Positions 1 to 12,700 of a stretch of DNA of 64,000 nucleotides are shown one piece after another (within the stretch, counting starts at the first letter, position 1; every line of letters begins with the position of its first letter). The stretch comes from Marsupella aquatica (taxonomy: Eukaryota > Plantae > Marchantiophyta). The position numbers and the translations under genes are program-made. The notes under the pieces were generated by a model that saw only the letters and a list, made by a program, of their open reading frames with translations, did no database searches and had not been told where the DNA came from. The DNA lies in assembly GCA_973895155.1 (NCBI GenBank), contig OZ316899.1:124001-188000 (forward strand), read 5' to 3'.

Positions 1-1447
1 CTGATATAAACATTTACCTTGATGGTAGTCACCATGAGAAATCTTAAAAAAATATCTTGTATGCCACTTGAGTGTAGCTCCCCTATGCCTTGTTCAAACA
101 TATTCCTTGAATACACACCAAAAAAGTCATAAGCATAATGTCAAAACTCACTTGCACATTCAAGACTAATCAACTATTCTCAAAACATTAAACTATTCTA
201 TTATTATAAAATCTCTACAAAAGTAAGGCTATGACTTTCAATTGATTAGTAAAACATACATTTAAAAAACAGAAATGAAGTTAGTATGTTTCTTCTCTCA
301 TGAAGGTGCCTGTGTATAAAGTTACTCTCTTCCCAACATGATCATTATGATTCTACACTTATGGGTTTTTTCTTCGTTTCCATTTGCCATTAAAATTGAT
401 GAGAATTTTGTTTTTGTCATTACTAGACAAATCATGATGAATAAATTACACTTTCCAAACAAAAAGTATACTTGTCTCCCCACAAAACAATTAAAAAACC
501 AATGCTATAAATAGTTTTTGAGTTTATGAATTTGTTTGTTAGCCATGTCAACTTTTATTATGCAAACTTCAAATACTTTTAAAAACATCTCATAATTTTA
601 TAGACAAGTACAATGCATAATTATCCATTGCACAAAAACATTGCAGGACAATGAAGTGCAGGTGATTGCCTAGCTCCTTGCCTCCAAGATAGTTTGTTGC
701 TCACCCTTGTGATGAATAATTTGTCACTCGAACAAGCAAGGTGATTGCTACAGTGAGGAGTTGCAATGTGAATTACATAGAGAGGTGGAGACAAACAAAG
801 GATGACAACATTATGAGCTCCTTCCAAATTTTTGGCACTGTATTTGGGCACATCATAGAGTTTTGGCAAACTTGATAACCAAGAAAGACCAGGAAAGAGA
901 ATTAGTAAAACAAACAAATACAATATTACCAATGTGTTAAAAAAAATGAGTTGGACCCACATACTAGTTTTAGTTACATGTCCTCGCCCATGGTTGATGG
1001 GGGGCGGGGTCGGTCTATCTCGTGCCAAGATTTCACCACAAAATACAATAATATGGAGCCTGATGAGACCCTGCCAGGCCAAGTGAGACTCCCCAGTCCC
1101 CACAACCGCGCCGCGGACCTGGTAATGGGAAATGAAGCTTGAGCCAGACATTACATAACTGTGCCTGTCAACTGGCGGCTTAGGACTAATCATTGCAACC
1201 TAGCATTAATTACCCTTCTCAGATTCATTCGCTCGCCCTTATTTGCAAAGACGGTCCATCGCCCCTATTCAATGGGCCGACCAAAAGGATAAAGGAGTGT
1301 CATTATCATTATAATAAGGACCCTAAACCGGATTCCACCACCCTTTTTAGTGGATCATGATCAACATTATTGTATCGCTACCGTAGGGCAGTATTGTGAA
1401 CAACAACACTACTGTTCCAAGAATTTCCTTTGCAAAACTCTCAAATA

Positions 1448-1495
1448 CCAGGCCCGTGACCGAAGCGGTCGGTCACAAAGGCTGAACCATTTTAC
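1448..1495 (-). mobile_element. Helitron-like 3' terminus (copy 1); element would extend rightwards
   Basis: Perfect 8-bp-stem hairpin GTGACCGA-AGCGG-TCGGTCAC (1456-1476). The minus strand reads ...CACGGGC-CTGG|T, matching the Helitron hairpin + CTRR|T end. A near-identical copy lies at 17260. Confidence 0.55.
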
Positions 1496-1714
1496 GCGGC
1501 TTCTACAGTAGTAGATGTGTTAAAGTAAACTGTTGAAATATTCTACGCTCGATTTCGCGGATGAAAGTCGTCTTTCAGATATGGCTGATGATATTTTTCA
1601 AGTATTCATGATATAGTATAGCATGCTCATCCTGGAACATGCTTTACTTTTTGTCTTGTAGTGATATTAAGTGGACAAAATTAAAGAGTAAGACTAGAAT
1701 ACATATTAAATGTG

Positions 1715-1914
1715 AATGAAATCAAATAATATAAATAAAATACATACAATAAAAGTACATGGTGACCAATGGAAAGTACAATTTCATTACACAAAGTTGC
1801 TACGAGTTTTGCACAATGAAATCAAATAATATAAATAAAACACATGCAATAAAAGCACATAGTGACCAATGGAAAGTACAATTCTATTACACAAAGATCC
1901 TACGAGTTGTGCAT
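1715..1914. repeat. Tandem duplication, 2 x ~100 bp, AT-rich
   Basis: aatgaaatcaaataatataaataaaa...gtgaccaatggaaagtacaatt recurs at 1715 and 1815. Confidence 0.9.
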
Positions 1915-4741
1915 GTATTTCAGTGTGTCTTATTAATGACTCTTATTCAATAAAAACCATAAACTTAGGAAAGAAAGCCACAAGGGGAGTTTAAGACAGG
2001 ATGTGCTGACATTTCTTAGAATCATTCCTCTCACTCATGAGTATCCTTAAAAGCCGTAGAAAATGAAACCCTTAGTTTCTCTCTAGGACTTAACAAAGTT
2101 TACAAATTATAAGGGGGCTGCCAAAATAAATTCAAAACACTATAGAATACCAAAAATTTAAAGGGGTCCAAAAATGACTTAAAAGTCTATGTGATACAAA
2201 GGATGCCCCTTGTTAAGGTACATTCTAATAAAAATTCATGATACACAAATATGAATAAGACAAAACATGAGATAGCAGCTTCATGAAAAACCAGGAGTTT
2301 ATAGGATCTCATCACGGATAACATTCTCGAAGGTATTATGTACCCAAACTACCGTTGCCTCTGCAAAAACTAAACCTGGTTGGGGGGACAGAGTATAGGG
2401 TATTTTTGTGAGGAAAGTATGCGGAGAAAAGAGCTTGGAATCATTTTCGGGCCATTCGTCTGTCACAATGCCTGCCTTGCATCTGCCCAAAATTCTGGAC
2501 ATTTTGGGAAAATCTGAATATCTAAATTATCATTTAAATATACATGTTAAGAGTCGCCTGCAAATAAATTTTAAATTTAAAAAAAAAACACCCTCATGTT
2601 GTGCGACCATACATGGACCACCGTTGCGCGTGCCCATGCACAAACCTTTTCCCTCCCCAATAGCAACACTTTCACAACAATAACCTCGGGGGCCTCACGC
2701 CAAGGGGGTCTCATATCACAAAGTTTTTGGGGAATAGCACATTAGACATGAGTAAAAGTTTTAATCACTGATTTTTTAAACACAAATTCTTTTGACTTTT
2801 TAGAATCTTCTTATAATTTGCAAAAATTTATTAAAACAGCCCTAATGTTCTTCCACAAAAATGTATTAGTCTTTCACAAAATCCAATAAAAAAAACCTGC
2901 ATTATGGGTCGGAAGCAAATAAGTGAGGACCAGCGGACAACAACAACGATGACCAAACTGATAATAACAATTTTACAGCACTAGCAACCCAACCAAAATG
3001 AGGAGAGATTTGCAACCATGAAGAATGACAAACAATCCGGCCCGTGCATTTTAATGTAGTGCACTCTCATGGTTGTTTTCCAAAAACTTTGTGCCAACAA
3101 AAGACTGTGAAGCAAAACATGGAAGGGGTCAAAGAGACTGGAAAAAAAAGGGGGCGATGATCAAGGAGAAAGTGGGAGGCACATGGATGGGAAGACACGG
3201 CCTTCGAAGCTCTATGGATGAGAAAAGGGGATGATAACTTTTGAATTCAAAACTTAGAGCACGGTCAACCATTTTTTACTTTCATTCGTACTTTATTCAA
3301 AAGTTGAAATTTGAAAGTCTTAGAGCTCATAGAATAAACATGGTGACCATATACTGTGGCAAAATCTTAGTACCAATGGAGCATGGGGTCAAGATTAAAA
3401 AAATAGGCAAAGATAGCCAACATTTGCCTGATTCAAATCAATGTGGCATGGAAGAACTAGAAAAAAAACCTAACCCTAATAACTCTTTCCATGATATGTG
3501 AAGGGTTGTGAAATGAATGTCGTTTTGCATACGAATGGACTTTCTTATTGCTAGTTGTGTTGAGATACATGTGTTGAGGAACCAGGGTACAACGCACAAT
3601 CTATCTTGACTTGAAAGATGTTTGGTTCACCCAGTTCAGGGTGCGTCCTTGACCAAAATGCTAGGGAAAATTGACTATACATAATTATGAACACCATACA
3701 TTGGCCATAGCTTGGCAAATCACATGCTGGGTCGATGACACTATACTCTTCTCTCACTCCACTCTCCAACGCTTGAACATTGATATCTAGTGTCAGCACA
3801 ATGAAGTGTTCCTCCAAGGTATATAGGCCCTCTCCACTATTCTAACCTCAGCAGCACTAATTCATGGTAAAGTACGTTGTGTTTGGAGGGCTTAACCTAT
3901 TTAACCACTTGCTTGTCTTCAGTTAAGTATCAACAAGTTGTTAACCCTTGCTACTCTCAACAATGTTGTTATGGATGGGGCACTTGTAAGGGAAACCTAC
4001 ATCCTCATTCTCCCTCCCCCATCATCCCTTACCACATGAAATTAGTTTGTGGACTCCCTGGCTACATTTTTTAGGGCTTGTTTGAGTAAAAATAATCTAT
4101 GTAATGCTAGCTTTAACTCAAGTTGCGAGAGCCTATTATGGTCCAAAATGTTATGGTATCAAAGATTATTACGATGAGATAGTTTTACAAATCTTAATGA
4201 AAGTATAGGAGAAATTACCTCATGCATACAAATCTGATTTTATAATGTTCTTCATAATGACCAGGAAAATAAGGGCCTTTAGCTTGGGTTTTGAGAGGCT
4301 AATATGGTCCATAATGTTCTGCTAGCTAGAAGACATTAAAACACTTCAGCTCTATGAGATATTTTAACTATTATTACATTAAAACACTTAAGAGATATTT
4401 TAACTAAGTTTAGAACATTAATTCATGAACCCAAGGCACAGTTTTGTTTATGTTAGTTGATTTTGGCATTGGATGGCACTATATTCAACCAATAAATTGC
4501 CCTGGGCACTCAATTTGAGTTGAGAAGACACAATTGAGAAATCTGCTTTTCTCAACAAGGAACCCTAAGCTTTCTAGTAGCTGAGTCCTCTTTGTAGATT
4601 TGTCAATGTACTTTCAAATAACTGGAAATTCTAGAGATGTCACTGAAGTCTGACTTTGGCAAGTTTTGAATTAGAGGTTAATAGCCTCATGACCTTGACG
4701 CAACTATTCACCAAATGGAGAAGGGTAGCGCTTAAGCTTTC

Positions 4742-4744
<3 letters not shown>

Positions 4745-4808
<64 letters not shown>
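4745..4808. repeat. (AG)32 microsatellite
   Basis: Uninterrupted AG dinucleotide run. Confidence 0.98.
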
Positions 4809-4812
<4 letters not shown>

Positions 4813-6488
4813 CTGATTAGGAAGATTAGGAAGGGATGCTGGTAGTCATGTTGTGTTCGACAAATATGATTGATAGATTTTCACAGCTTGCATTGTTTAG
4901 ATTAGATTTTATCAAGAAATCATTGTGGACCCATTCAGCCATGCCCTGAGCAGTTTGACATTTTTTCAACTGTCACAGGAATGCTTTGCTTTCCAGGCCA
5001 AAGTCGACAACATGGTTATCACAAGCAAATGTCAAAATCAGTCTTTTTTGCTACATGCAACCAACCAAATTCTCAAGCTAAGAGAGTTAATAGTCAATCC
5101 TCGGCAAATACATTTGAAACCAGTTCAATGTCTGATCAAATGAATTGTATCAATTCACCAAGTTCAAGTTCCGACCATAGTTTGCCTAAATTGCAAAAGG
5201 TTGAAAATCTTACTCCATGTGCTAATTACCCTTTAACAAGGAAGTTATCAAGTTAGTTATTAGTCATTGTTTATTACATGATTTAATTTTTAAAATTGGA
5301 TATGTAACTAAAATGGTTACATAGTGACAGTTTTACCCGTCTTGCTCTTTGCATTTATAAATTTTTACATCCCTTTTTTACTCTAAAATTTCTAAACCCT
5401 AAACCCCAAACCCCAAAATTCACAGCCAAGTTGATGCAAACATGAATGAAAACTGCAAATTTGATTCACAAAATGGACAAGTCTTGTTTGTTGTAATTGT
5501 TGTTGACGTGGCACACTCTGGTGCCAGGAATTTTGGAAGGGACCTCTAATGGGGTCCGTTCCAACTTTCCTTTTTGGAAGAGTCCAAATTGACAAAAAAG
5601 TGATTGGCAATTTAAAGCTCAATAATGTTACCCTAAACTAGACCTACATACTGGTTTAATTTATTAACAATTATTCTTCCACTACTTTTGTATTCCTCCC
5701 CTCTTTTTTAGCCCCTTCAAAAGAGTCGTCCCTCTTCCAGGTGACCCATTTCACCCAAAGGAAAAAGAAATAAAAAAAGAATTAAATTAAAAAAACTGAT
5801 AAATCAAAGACATGGAACGCTCCCACACAAAAAAGGTCCCTTAAAAAGAGTCAAGCCCCTTGGAAACAGTGTCACAGGTGACCCATTTCACCCATGGGAA
5901 AAAAAGAAAAGAACAAAAGAGAAAGAAGAAAGAAGGAAAAAACAAACACATTGAAAGTAAGTTGGAGAGAATAAAGATAGAGGGAGCCATTGATGATAGT
6001 ATACTGTGTAGTTCTATGCCTAACAAGAACTAACGAGTGTTTGTAGACGGTACCTTGTATTTTTCAAGTAGTATACGCAGAATAGTGTGCGAGGAACGTA
6101 TACGCAGGCAAAAAGAAGAAGTTTAGAGTCCTTTTTCGGCCCCCACCACAAAACTGAACTTAAAGGTCTACAGGAGTTCAACCAACGGTCAATAATCACT
6201 CCACTTACAAATATTCTCCTCCGGCCCCAACTCTGGGATCCCTCGCGATTCAATGGGCTGGCGCCTGTACTGCATAGGGTTCATAAACGACGTACTGCGC
6301 TAGTCGGCACCCACGGACCCACCATAACCAGTGGAATAGTAGATGCGTGATTCGGTGATTGTACACCTACCGTCGGGGAGAACAACAACTTACTGTGAAC
6401 CTTTCAAGACCCACTCTGAAATATATGAATAGATGAATGTACAACACAATAATCCCGTAATTTTCTCTCTACAGGACTATAAATATTG

Positions 6489-7916
6489 GAGGTATATGCT
6501 CAATCAAACCCCTTTGGACTGTTTCCTGCTTAATCGACCCCCTATGTTCAAATCTGCCCCAATCGACCTCCTATGTTCGAACCTGCCCCAATCGACCCCC
6601 TTTGATATGTTTATGGTTCATGACATGCCGTGTATTGCAATTGCAATCTACCTGAACCTGTCCGTGGGTGCAAGCGACTTGGCCAAACCATCAAATGCTT
6701 CATTTAGGGTCGGTCGTGCCTTGACGGTGACGATCAAGGATTTCAGAAATGATGTGAAGACAATACATGTTATGTCTTCAGGTGTTGCATTATTGAATTA
6801 GCCTCATATAACTTGGTCCAAATGTTCATTGTTTCAAATTCTGTCATGATGACTTCTGTTGGTCATGAGGTTTGGGGGAATCTATTGCATTGAGGGTTAT
6901 TGGGAAGCTCAGTCTCTTTTTTGTTAGAGTTTGCATGCAATCTAGATGACATTGTAGTCGTGTGAGGTACACTTAGAACTATCAATGTTGGAGATTTTGA
7001 TGTCATTGTGCATCTCTGGCATAGAGGGGATCTATTTGAAGTGGACATTTTTTAATGTGACATTTTATCACTACAAGATAGAGCGTGCCCAAAAGCAAGA
7101 CTCAATTGCACGTGGGTTTAGGATAACTGATGGGAAAGCCTATAAGAAAGTTTGTAAGAATTTGATGTTGTCATCAATTGTTGTTGATATGTTTATTCTA
7201 GTGAATACAATACACTTTGTTGAGAGTACATAATGCAGAGTGTCTTAGTTCAATTGCTCGTAATGGAAGCAACAGGCAACTCAAATTCAAACACTAAACC
7301 CTAAACACTTCAAGGATTTTGGAGAATTTTACAGGTGTTTTGGATTCTTGGCTGTCATAATGGTCTTGCGGCATAAAGATTGGAAACATTTTGAAATAAT
7401 TTCTGAATGCAAGTGTGCCGATTTAGCAAATTAATCGGTGTCAAACAGATCCAGCAGGGCATTTTCTGTGAGTGAGATCCAAACATAGATTTGTCTCTAG
7501 TGGAATGCACTCATAAAGATTCTCAACAAATCAACTATATAGGAACATTATGGAGATAGCAGCCCAGTTTTATTACCTCTAAACTTCAGACAAATGGAGA
7601 CCCCTAAATGTTTGAAGACCATACTAGTTTTGTCTTCAAACACAAGTATCCACGACTGCGTCCGGTATCATTCGATCTTATCATGCGTGGATTGTGGGCC
7701 CACTCTTATCTCGACATAATTGCAGCATACCACGGACGAGACCACGGGCTCATATAATAGAAAATTAGAGTTTACCGTGATAAACTCTCCCTATACTACT
7801 CTTCCCAAGAATTATATGTAAGAAATTGTCAGAGGGGGTCGATTGGGGCAGATCTGAACATAGGGGGTTGATTAAATAAGAAACAGTCCAGAGGGGGTCG
7901 ATTAAGCATATACCTT
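6489..7916. mobile_element. Non-autonomous Mutator-like (MULE) TIR element
   Basis: ~85-bp imperfect terminal inverted repeats (left GAGGTATATGCTCAATCAAACCCC...CTGCCCCAATCGACC; right ...GGTCGATTGGGGCAG...GGTCGATTAAGCATATACCTT). Flanking 9-mers TAAATATTG / GAATTATTG match at 7/9 positions, like a decayed 9-bp TSD. No intact transposase inside. Confidence 0.7.
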
Positions 7917-8462
7917 GAATTATTGCTGTTAGGTTTGTCACAGATCCACTAAATTTTGAATGACGAGAATCTTACCCAGGGAGGATTCATGATGATGCAT
8001 TGATATTGTCAATCGTGGTAAATAGAAAAACCTTCCCGGCGGCCGCCGCCACCACTGAGGATGTATTCACTTTCTAGTCACTTGTAGCGCGAGTCGTCAA
8101 ATGACCGCACTCCTCCAGCCCCACTCCTACACAATAATACTCCCCAAGTTCGACAGAACTACGGGGAATATATTTCGAGAGTACAATTTTGTGAATTATG
8201 AACTGCCGTTTCCCGCCCTAAACCATAAACTCGCATCCAAGCCGCCCAAAAATTATCCCGACTCCATGCGCCAGTCCGAGTCTGCCTGTCCTGCAAAATC
8301 GAAAGACTGAGGATTCTCATCCTTCAAACGAACCGATCGAGCCCCCGTGCGTGACTTTTGCAATCCCTCCATTTTCTCAGGCAGGGAGGACCGAACCCAA
8401 TCACAACCGAAGCGAGGATTGTCAGCAAGTCTTTCCGTGATCCCTGCCTTGCTAGCTGATCG

Positions 8463-8515
8463 TCTTAGTGTTCCTTAGTACTCATAGTGTTCCTTAGTAC
8501 TCTTAGTGTTCCTTG
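8463..8515. repeat. 19-bp tandem repeat (~2.8 copies) just upstream of the chimeric gene
   Basis: TCTTAGTGTTCCTTAGTAC at 8463 and 8482, partial copy at 8501. Confidence 0.9.
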
Positions 8516-8546
8516 ACACTCTGGTCACTTGATATATAGGCAGGAT

Positions 8547-10758
8547 ATGGTTCTCGAGAAGGTGACCTCCGGAAAACAACATGAGATGTCTCGAAAATCG
8601 AAGGTGGGGGGGAGGGGGCCATCCTTCAATTGGGCCTTACAGGATCGGGTGCACAAGATCCGCGAGCCGCAACACGCGGAATATCTCCAGCAGACCGGAC
8701 TTGCCGACTTTGTGGTGGAGGTTTGCTGGGATACGAAAAGTTATCCGGACTCGGATATGATACAGTTCATACAGAACTATGACCACGAAAAATCAAAGAC
8801 CTCTGTCAGAGGTCACCCAATCGATTTGAGCATGGAAAATATTCGGAAGACTTTCCGACTGGAGGGGGGGGGGCCGCCGTTAGACGCTAAAGTGACTAAT
8901 TACACTCCCACGACGTTCAAGGCTAGAAGGGCCACAAATGGTTCTTACAAGTTGACAGATTGCGAGCACACTGTCATCCGAGAAAGGTTGGCATTCCAAT
9001 TCGTAGCTATTCATATTCGGCCAGCAAAGGGCGAGGCGTATTCTTGCCACATAAAGCAGGTGGAACAGTCGGCCAGACATGATTGGGGCAAAACTTTTGG
9101 CGGCAAGCTCCGTGAATCACTCGGCTTAGCTCATAAGCAATTCGTGGACGGTAAGATGTCGTCCTACACTTGCCATTTCTCGCCGCATCTTCAAGTCATG
9201 CTAAGTGGGCACACCCCTTGCGTCATGTCTTCGTCATCCCCGGCTCGAGATGCTTCATGCGACGATGAAAGGGTACAGATCACCCTAAACCCCCCGATAG
9301 ATCCGGATGTGAAGGAGTTGGAGCAAGACATAGCGGAAGAGGCGGCCACTGTGAATGATGCGGGTCTGGACGGGGAGCTGGGTGCTGTGCAAGGTGGGGA
9401 TGCAGGTGAACGGTGCCAGTCTCCACAGTACTCGATTGGTTTTTCGGTGGTGACCCCGCACGGAATCCGGAGTCAAACACCGCCAGACGCTGGCAGCGAC
9501 GGTGGTGGAGTGGAAGATGATGTGAACAATGCGATCCTCCCCCAGATTGCCACACCTGCTATTGCTTTACCCGGAGCGGACACATGTTGTCCATGCTCAC
9601 TCCTCGTAGGAGCCTTGGAAAAAGAGAACCTGCTACGGGCGGATGAGAATAACAGGATGGCAACGAGTTTCAACCACAAGTTTGATCTCCTTGAGAGCCA
9701 ACTCCATGAAGTCAAACTTCTTCTAGAGGTAAAGTAACAATAGGATCTTACTAGCCATATCATTATTTCCTGTTCATCTGTCCGGACCATCGAGTATGCG
9801 TTAGTACGTACTATACAAAATGGTCAATTAACTCCTACGTACTTAAACTACTACAAAATCACTAGTGAAAGGACCCTAAATGTTTCCCTTGTCGTACACT
9901 CTATTTTTCATTCTTCAATTCACAATCGCCCTAGCCAGAATGATGAAATATGCTGGTCGGCATAGGTGTGTGGTGACGGGAGACAAGTGTTCCATTATGT
10001 ACTAGAACCGAATTGTTTCAATTGTGACGTGCAGGCCAGAACTCCTCCCACCACCTCGCACAACAGCGCAGGCGAAGAAGACATGAAACCTGATATGCAC
10101 ATCATGTCCACCCTAAATTTGCAGAGAAAACGGATTTTCGATGCATCCGCCCCGAGCAGTCCACCTCCAGCTTCCACACAGGACACCCGAAAACACAAGT
10201 CCGTCCGACTCGCCGACCCTGAAACAGCCACAATGCAGCCAGCCCAATTCGTTGACCCAGCCGGCAAATCGAACTGCAACACGACGAAACATGAACGCAG
10301 ACAAAATAGAAGGTGGACCGAGGAAGAGGAACAGTGCCTCAGAAGTGGAGTAAACAGGTGAGTATGGAGACATCCTGCATCGATGCTCCGCGTTCCACTC
10401 ATATTGATTATCCTGTTTGTGCTTTTCATCACACAGTGAGTTACAGACTATTCGTGTATTCTTGCGGCCAAGATGTATTACCTACTATGGGCTAATCATG
10501 TGTTTGTCAAGGAACATTCATTCTCATTGAATTTCTAACAACAGGTTTGGGAAAGGCAAGTGGAATATCATCCGTAAAGCAAGCTTGGATATTTTGAAAG
10601 GTCGAACAGAGGTAAGCTTTGGTCATATTAATTCGCAATACCACGTTTCAATCCACGGAATGCAAATACGACCCATCGATTTACTCTTGTGGCTTGTGGC
10701 ACAGGTCGATCTCAAAGACAAGTGGCGGAATTTGGAGAAGTCATCTCACGACGATTGA
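8547..10758 (+). CDS. Chimeric 4-exon gene: retrotransposon accessory-ORF domain (Athila ORF1/PF20167-like) + C-terminal TRF-like telobox Myb domain, ~541 aa
   Basis: Exons 8547-9728, 10035-10357, 10545-10611, 10705-10758, all with GT-AG introns and compatible phases (0, 2, 0); total 1626 nt, no internal stop. C-terminus RRWTEEEEQCLRSGVNR|FGKGKWNIIRKASLDILKGRTE|VDLKDKWRNLEK carries the telobox VDLKDKWRN signature. The exon 1 N-terminal domain aligns by eye with Gypsy ORF2 at 56635-58632. Confidence 0.8.
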
Positions 10759-11799
10759 CTGGCTATGGCCATACTGGACAGGGGATATATGGCTTGTACA
10801 TGATTTCAGAGCTGCTTTGTTGCCGTCAATTACACACAAGAAGTGAGCTCCGATTGCACGAGTGATGCGTCGTTTGCCTCTATATATCTCCGAGGCGGTG
10901 AGGTAGAGCACACAGCTTCGTGTCTGGAATGCTCCATAAAACAACCTTTGCAGCATCACAATATAGGATGTTTGTTAGGATTGGATTGGGCTTTGGCCGG
11001 TCGTGTGCACCAACTCAGTCTGGTCAGGAGAGATCACTCGAGCAGGCAAGTGTGGGTTTCTAGGTAGGTGGCATGGCACTATCTTCCCTTACCAGGAGTT
11101 CGCCTATCTATCGGCTTAGTTATGCAATATAAAGATTGAATTGCAATCTACCTATATATACATTTCTTTTTGTTTTTTGTTTAATTCAAGCAAGCCTTCT
11201 TGTCTCCTTCCAGACCCCAAACCCTAAACCCATTCGGTATTTGGTTTCACAATATTCAGTTTGACAATGTCAAGTTAATTCATCCATTTTGAACAATAAT
11301 GTTGGGCCTGTATGGGATGAGCCAGTTTATCGGCCTAAAAAGCTTGACACCACCCCCCATCCTATCGACGTCGCATCTGAACCGCAAAATCCGACATCCT
11401 TCAACTCTTTTCCTCGAACGTCAACCCATGGTCATAATCTGCATCCAGAGAGGTACTTGCGGATGACGACAGAAGGTACAAGGCCAAACGCACCCGTGCT
11501 TCATTCGCTCACCCCAAAACCCTGAATACATGCTCTCATCCGCCCTAACCAAAGCCTGGCCAATTTCGTTTGATGTCCCGATTCATTGACCTACCACAGG
11601 CCAGTAGCTCAATTCCGATGATGATATTGTACTACATCATCATGCTGCCTACAAAACAAAAATTCTGCACGACTGTCGGGTAGAGCCCCTAGCTGATCAA
11701 AATACCTCCCCAACAACACATATCCTTGCTTAACAGATGCTGCTGTAGCTCTACGTGATAGTCGTGCAACGGCGAGGTTGAAGGCAGAGTGGGCGGAGT

Positions 11800-12700
11800 T
11801 GATGTGAGGGGGGTTAAGGAAGAAGGCCCCAGTGCTATCCGAGCTCGTGATGCCGTCACGTTTCAGGAATAGCGGAGATCGATTTACTTTTTAATGTGGT
11901 TCGTTTGTATTTTCATGGTGGGACAGTCTTTTTCGGTCACTGGTGGCAAAACGACCACAAAGATCGGGCATTCCGGTTTCGGGGTGTATGAATCACATCA
12001 GTTCTGTTCTGTTCCGTTCTGGAAAGTAAAAACCACCATCCCGAAGTGCAGCCACTCACACAACAGTATTGTAGAGCAAACCGGATGTCCCTGACTGAAG
12101 GACAGAACATCAATAACAGGACAAAACAACAACCTACTAGTTGAATTTCCTGTCACAATAAAGCCACAGTTGTGCGTCACACTTTCCAACATGGTGCCTT
12201 CTAACATTACGGGAGGATATACATTTGGATCCATGTGTTCTAAAAATCGGATACCAATGTGATAGTCCGGATGACAAAGCTTAGTTTCTTTGGGGTACAT
12301 TGCATTGGTGGTGATGTGATGAAGGCTGTTCATGATTTATGTCATCATTTGGGCTAATTGTTTCGTCGAATACTAAACCCTAAACACCTAAACTCCCAAG
12401 ACGAAACTCCCGAGCCCATTGTGCATGCCATAAACCCAAGGATAAGCATTCAACCGGCCCATAACCTGTGATTGTGTGCCGTTACAAAGAGATGGAATGA
12501 AATGATCGCTCACTGCTTTCATTCAGTGTATGCTGTGTGAATCACATCGGGTCCGTCCGGAAAGTAAAAAATGCGCCAGGAAGAACCCCGGTGGATACAC
12601 GTCCAAAGCCAGCCACTCACACGACAGTAGTGTAGAGCAAACCGGACAGAACATGAAAACGACAACATGTGCTTCTTATGAGACGATTGAACCAAGTACA
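11800..12700. repeat. Member of a dispersed repeat family (other copies ~30880-31090, 34860-37160, 38440-38580)
   Basis: Shares the blocks GTGCTATCCG(A/G)GCTC...GATCGATTTACT...TTTGTATTTTCATGG...GTCTTTTTCG with the 35-38 kb copies; telomere-like CCCTAAA motifs nearby. Confidence 0.7.

Noticed and set aside
621-1193. 190-aa minus-strand ORF
   Set aside because: No recognisable motif and no clear start context; may be a decayed transposon fragment but cannot be supported.
3400-4500. Possible LINE 3' (zf-RVT-like) remnant on the minus strand
   Set aside because: Only a vague 'H...C..A.VW' resemblance amid many stops.
9280-10432. Minus-strand ORFs overlapping the chimeric gene (e.g. 9995-10432)
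   Set aside because: Antisense shadows of a GC-rich coding sequence.
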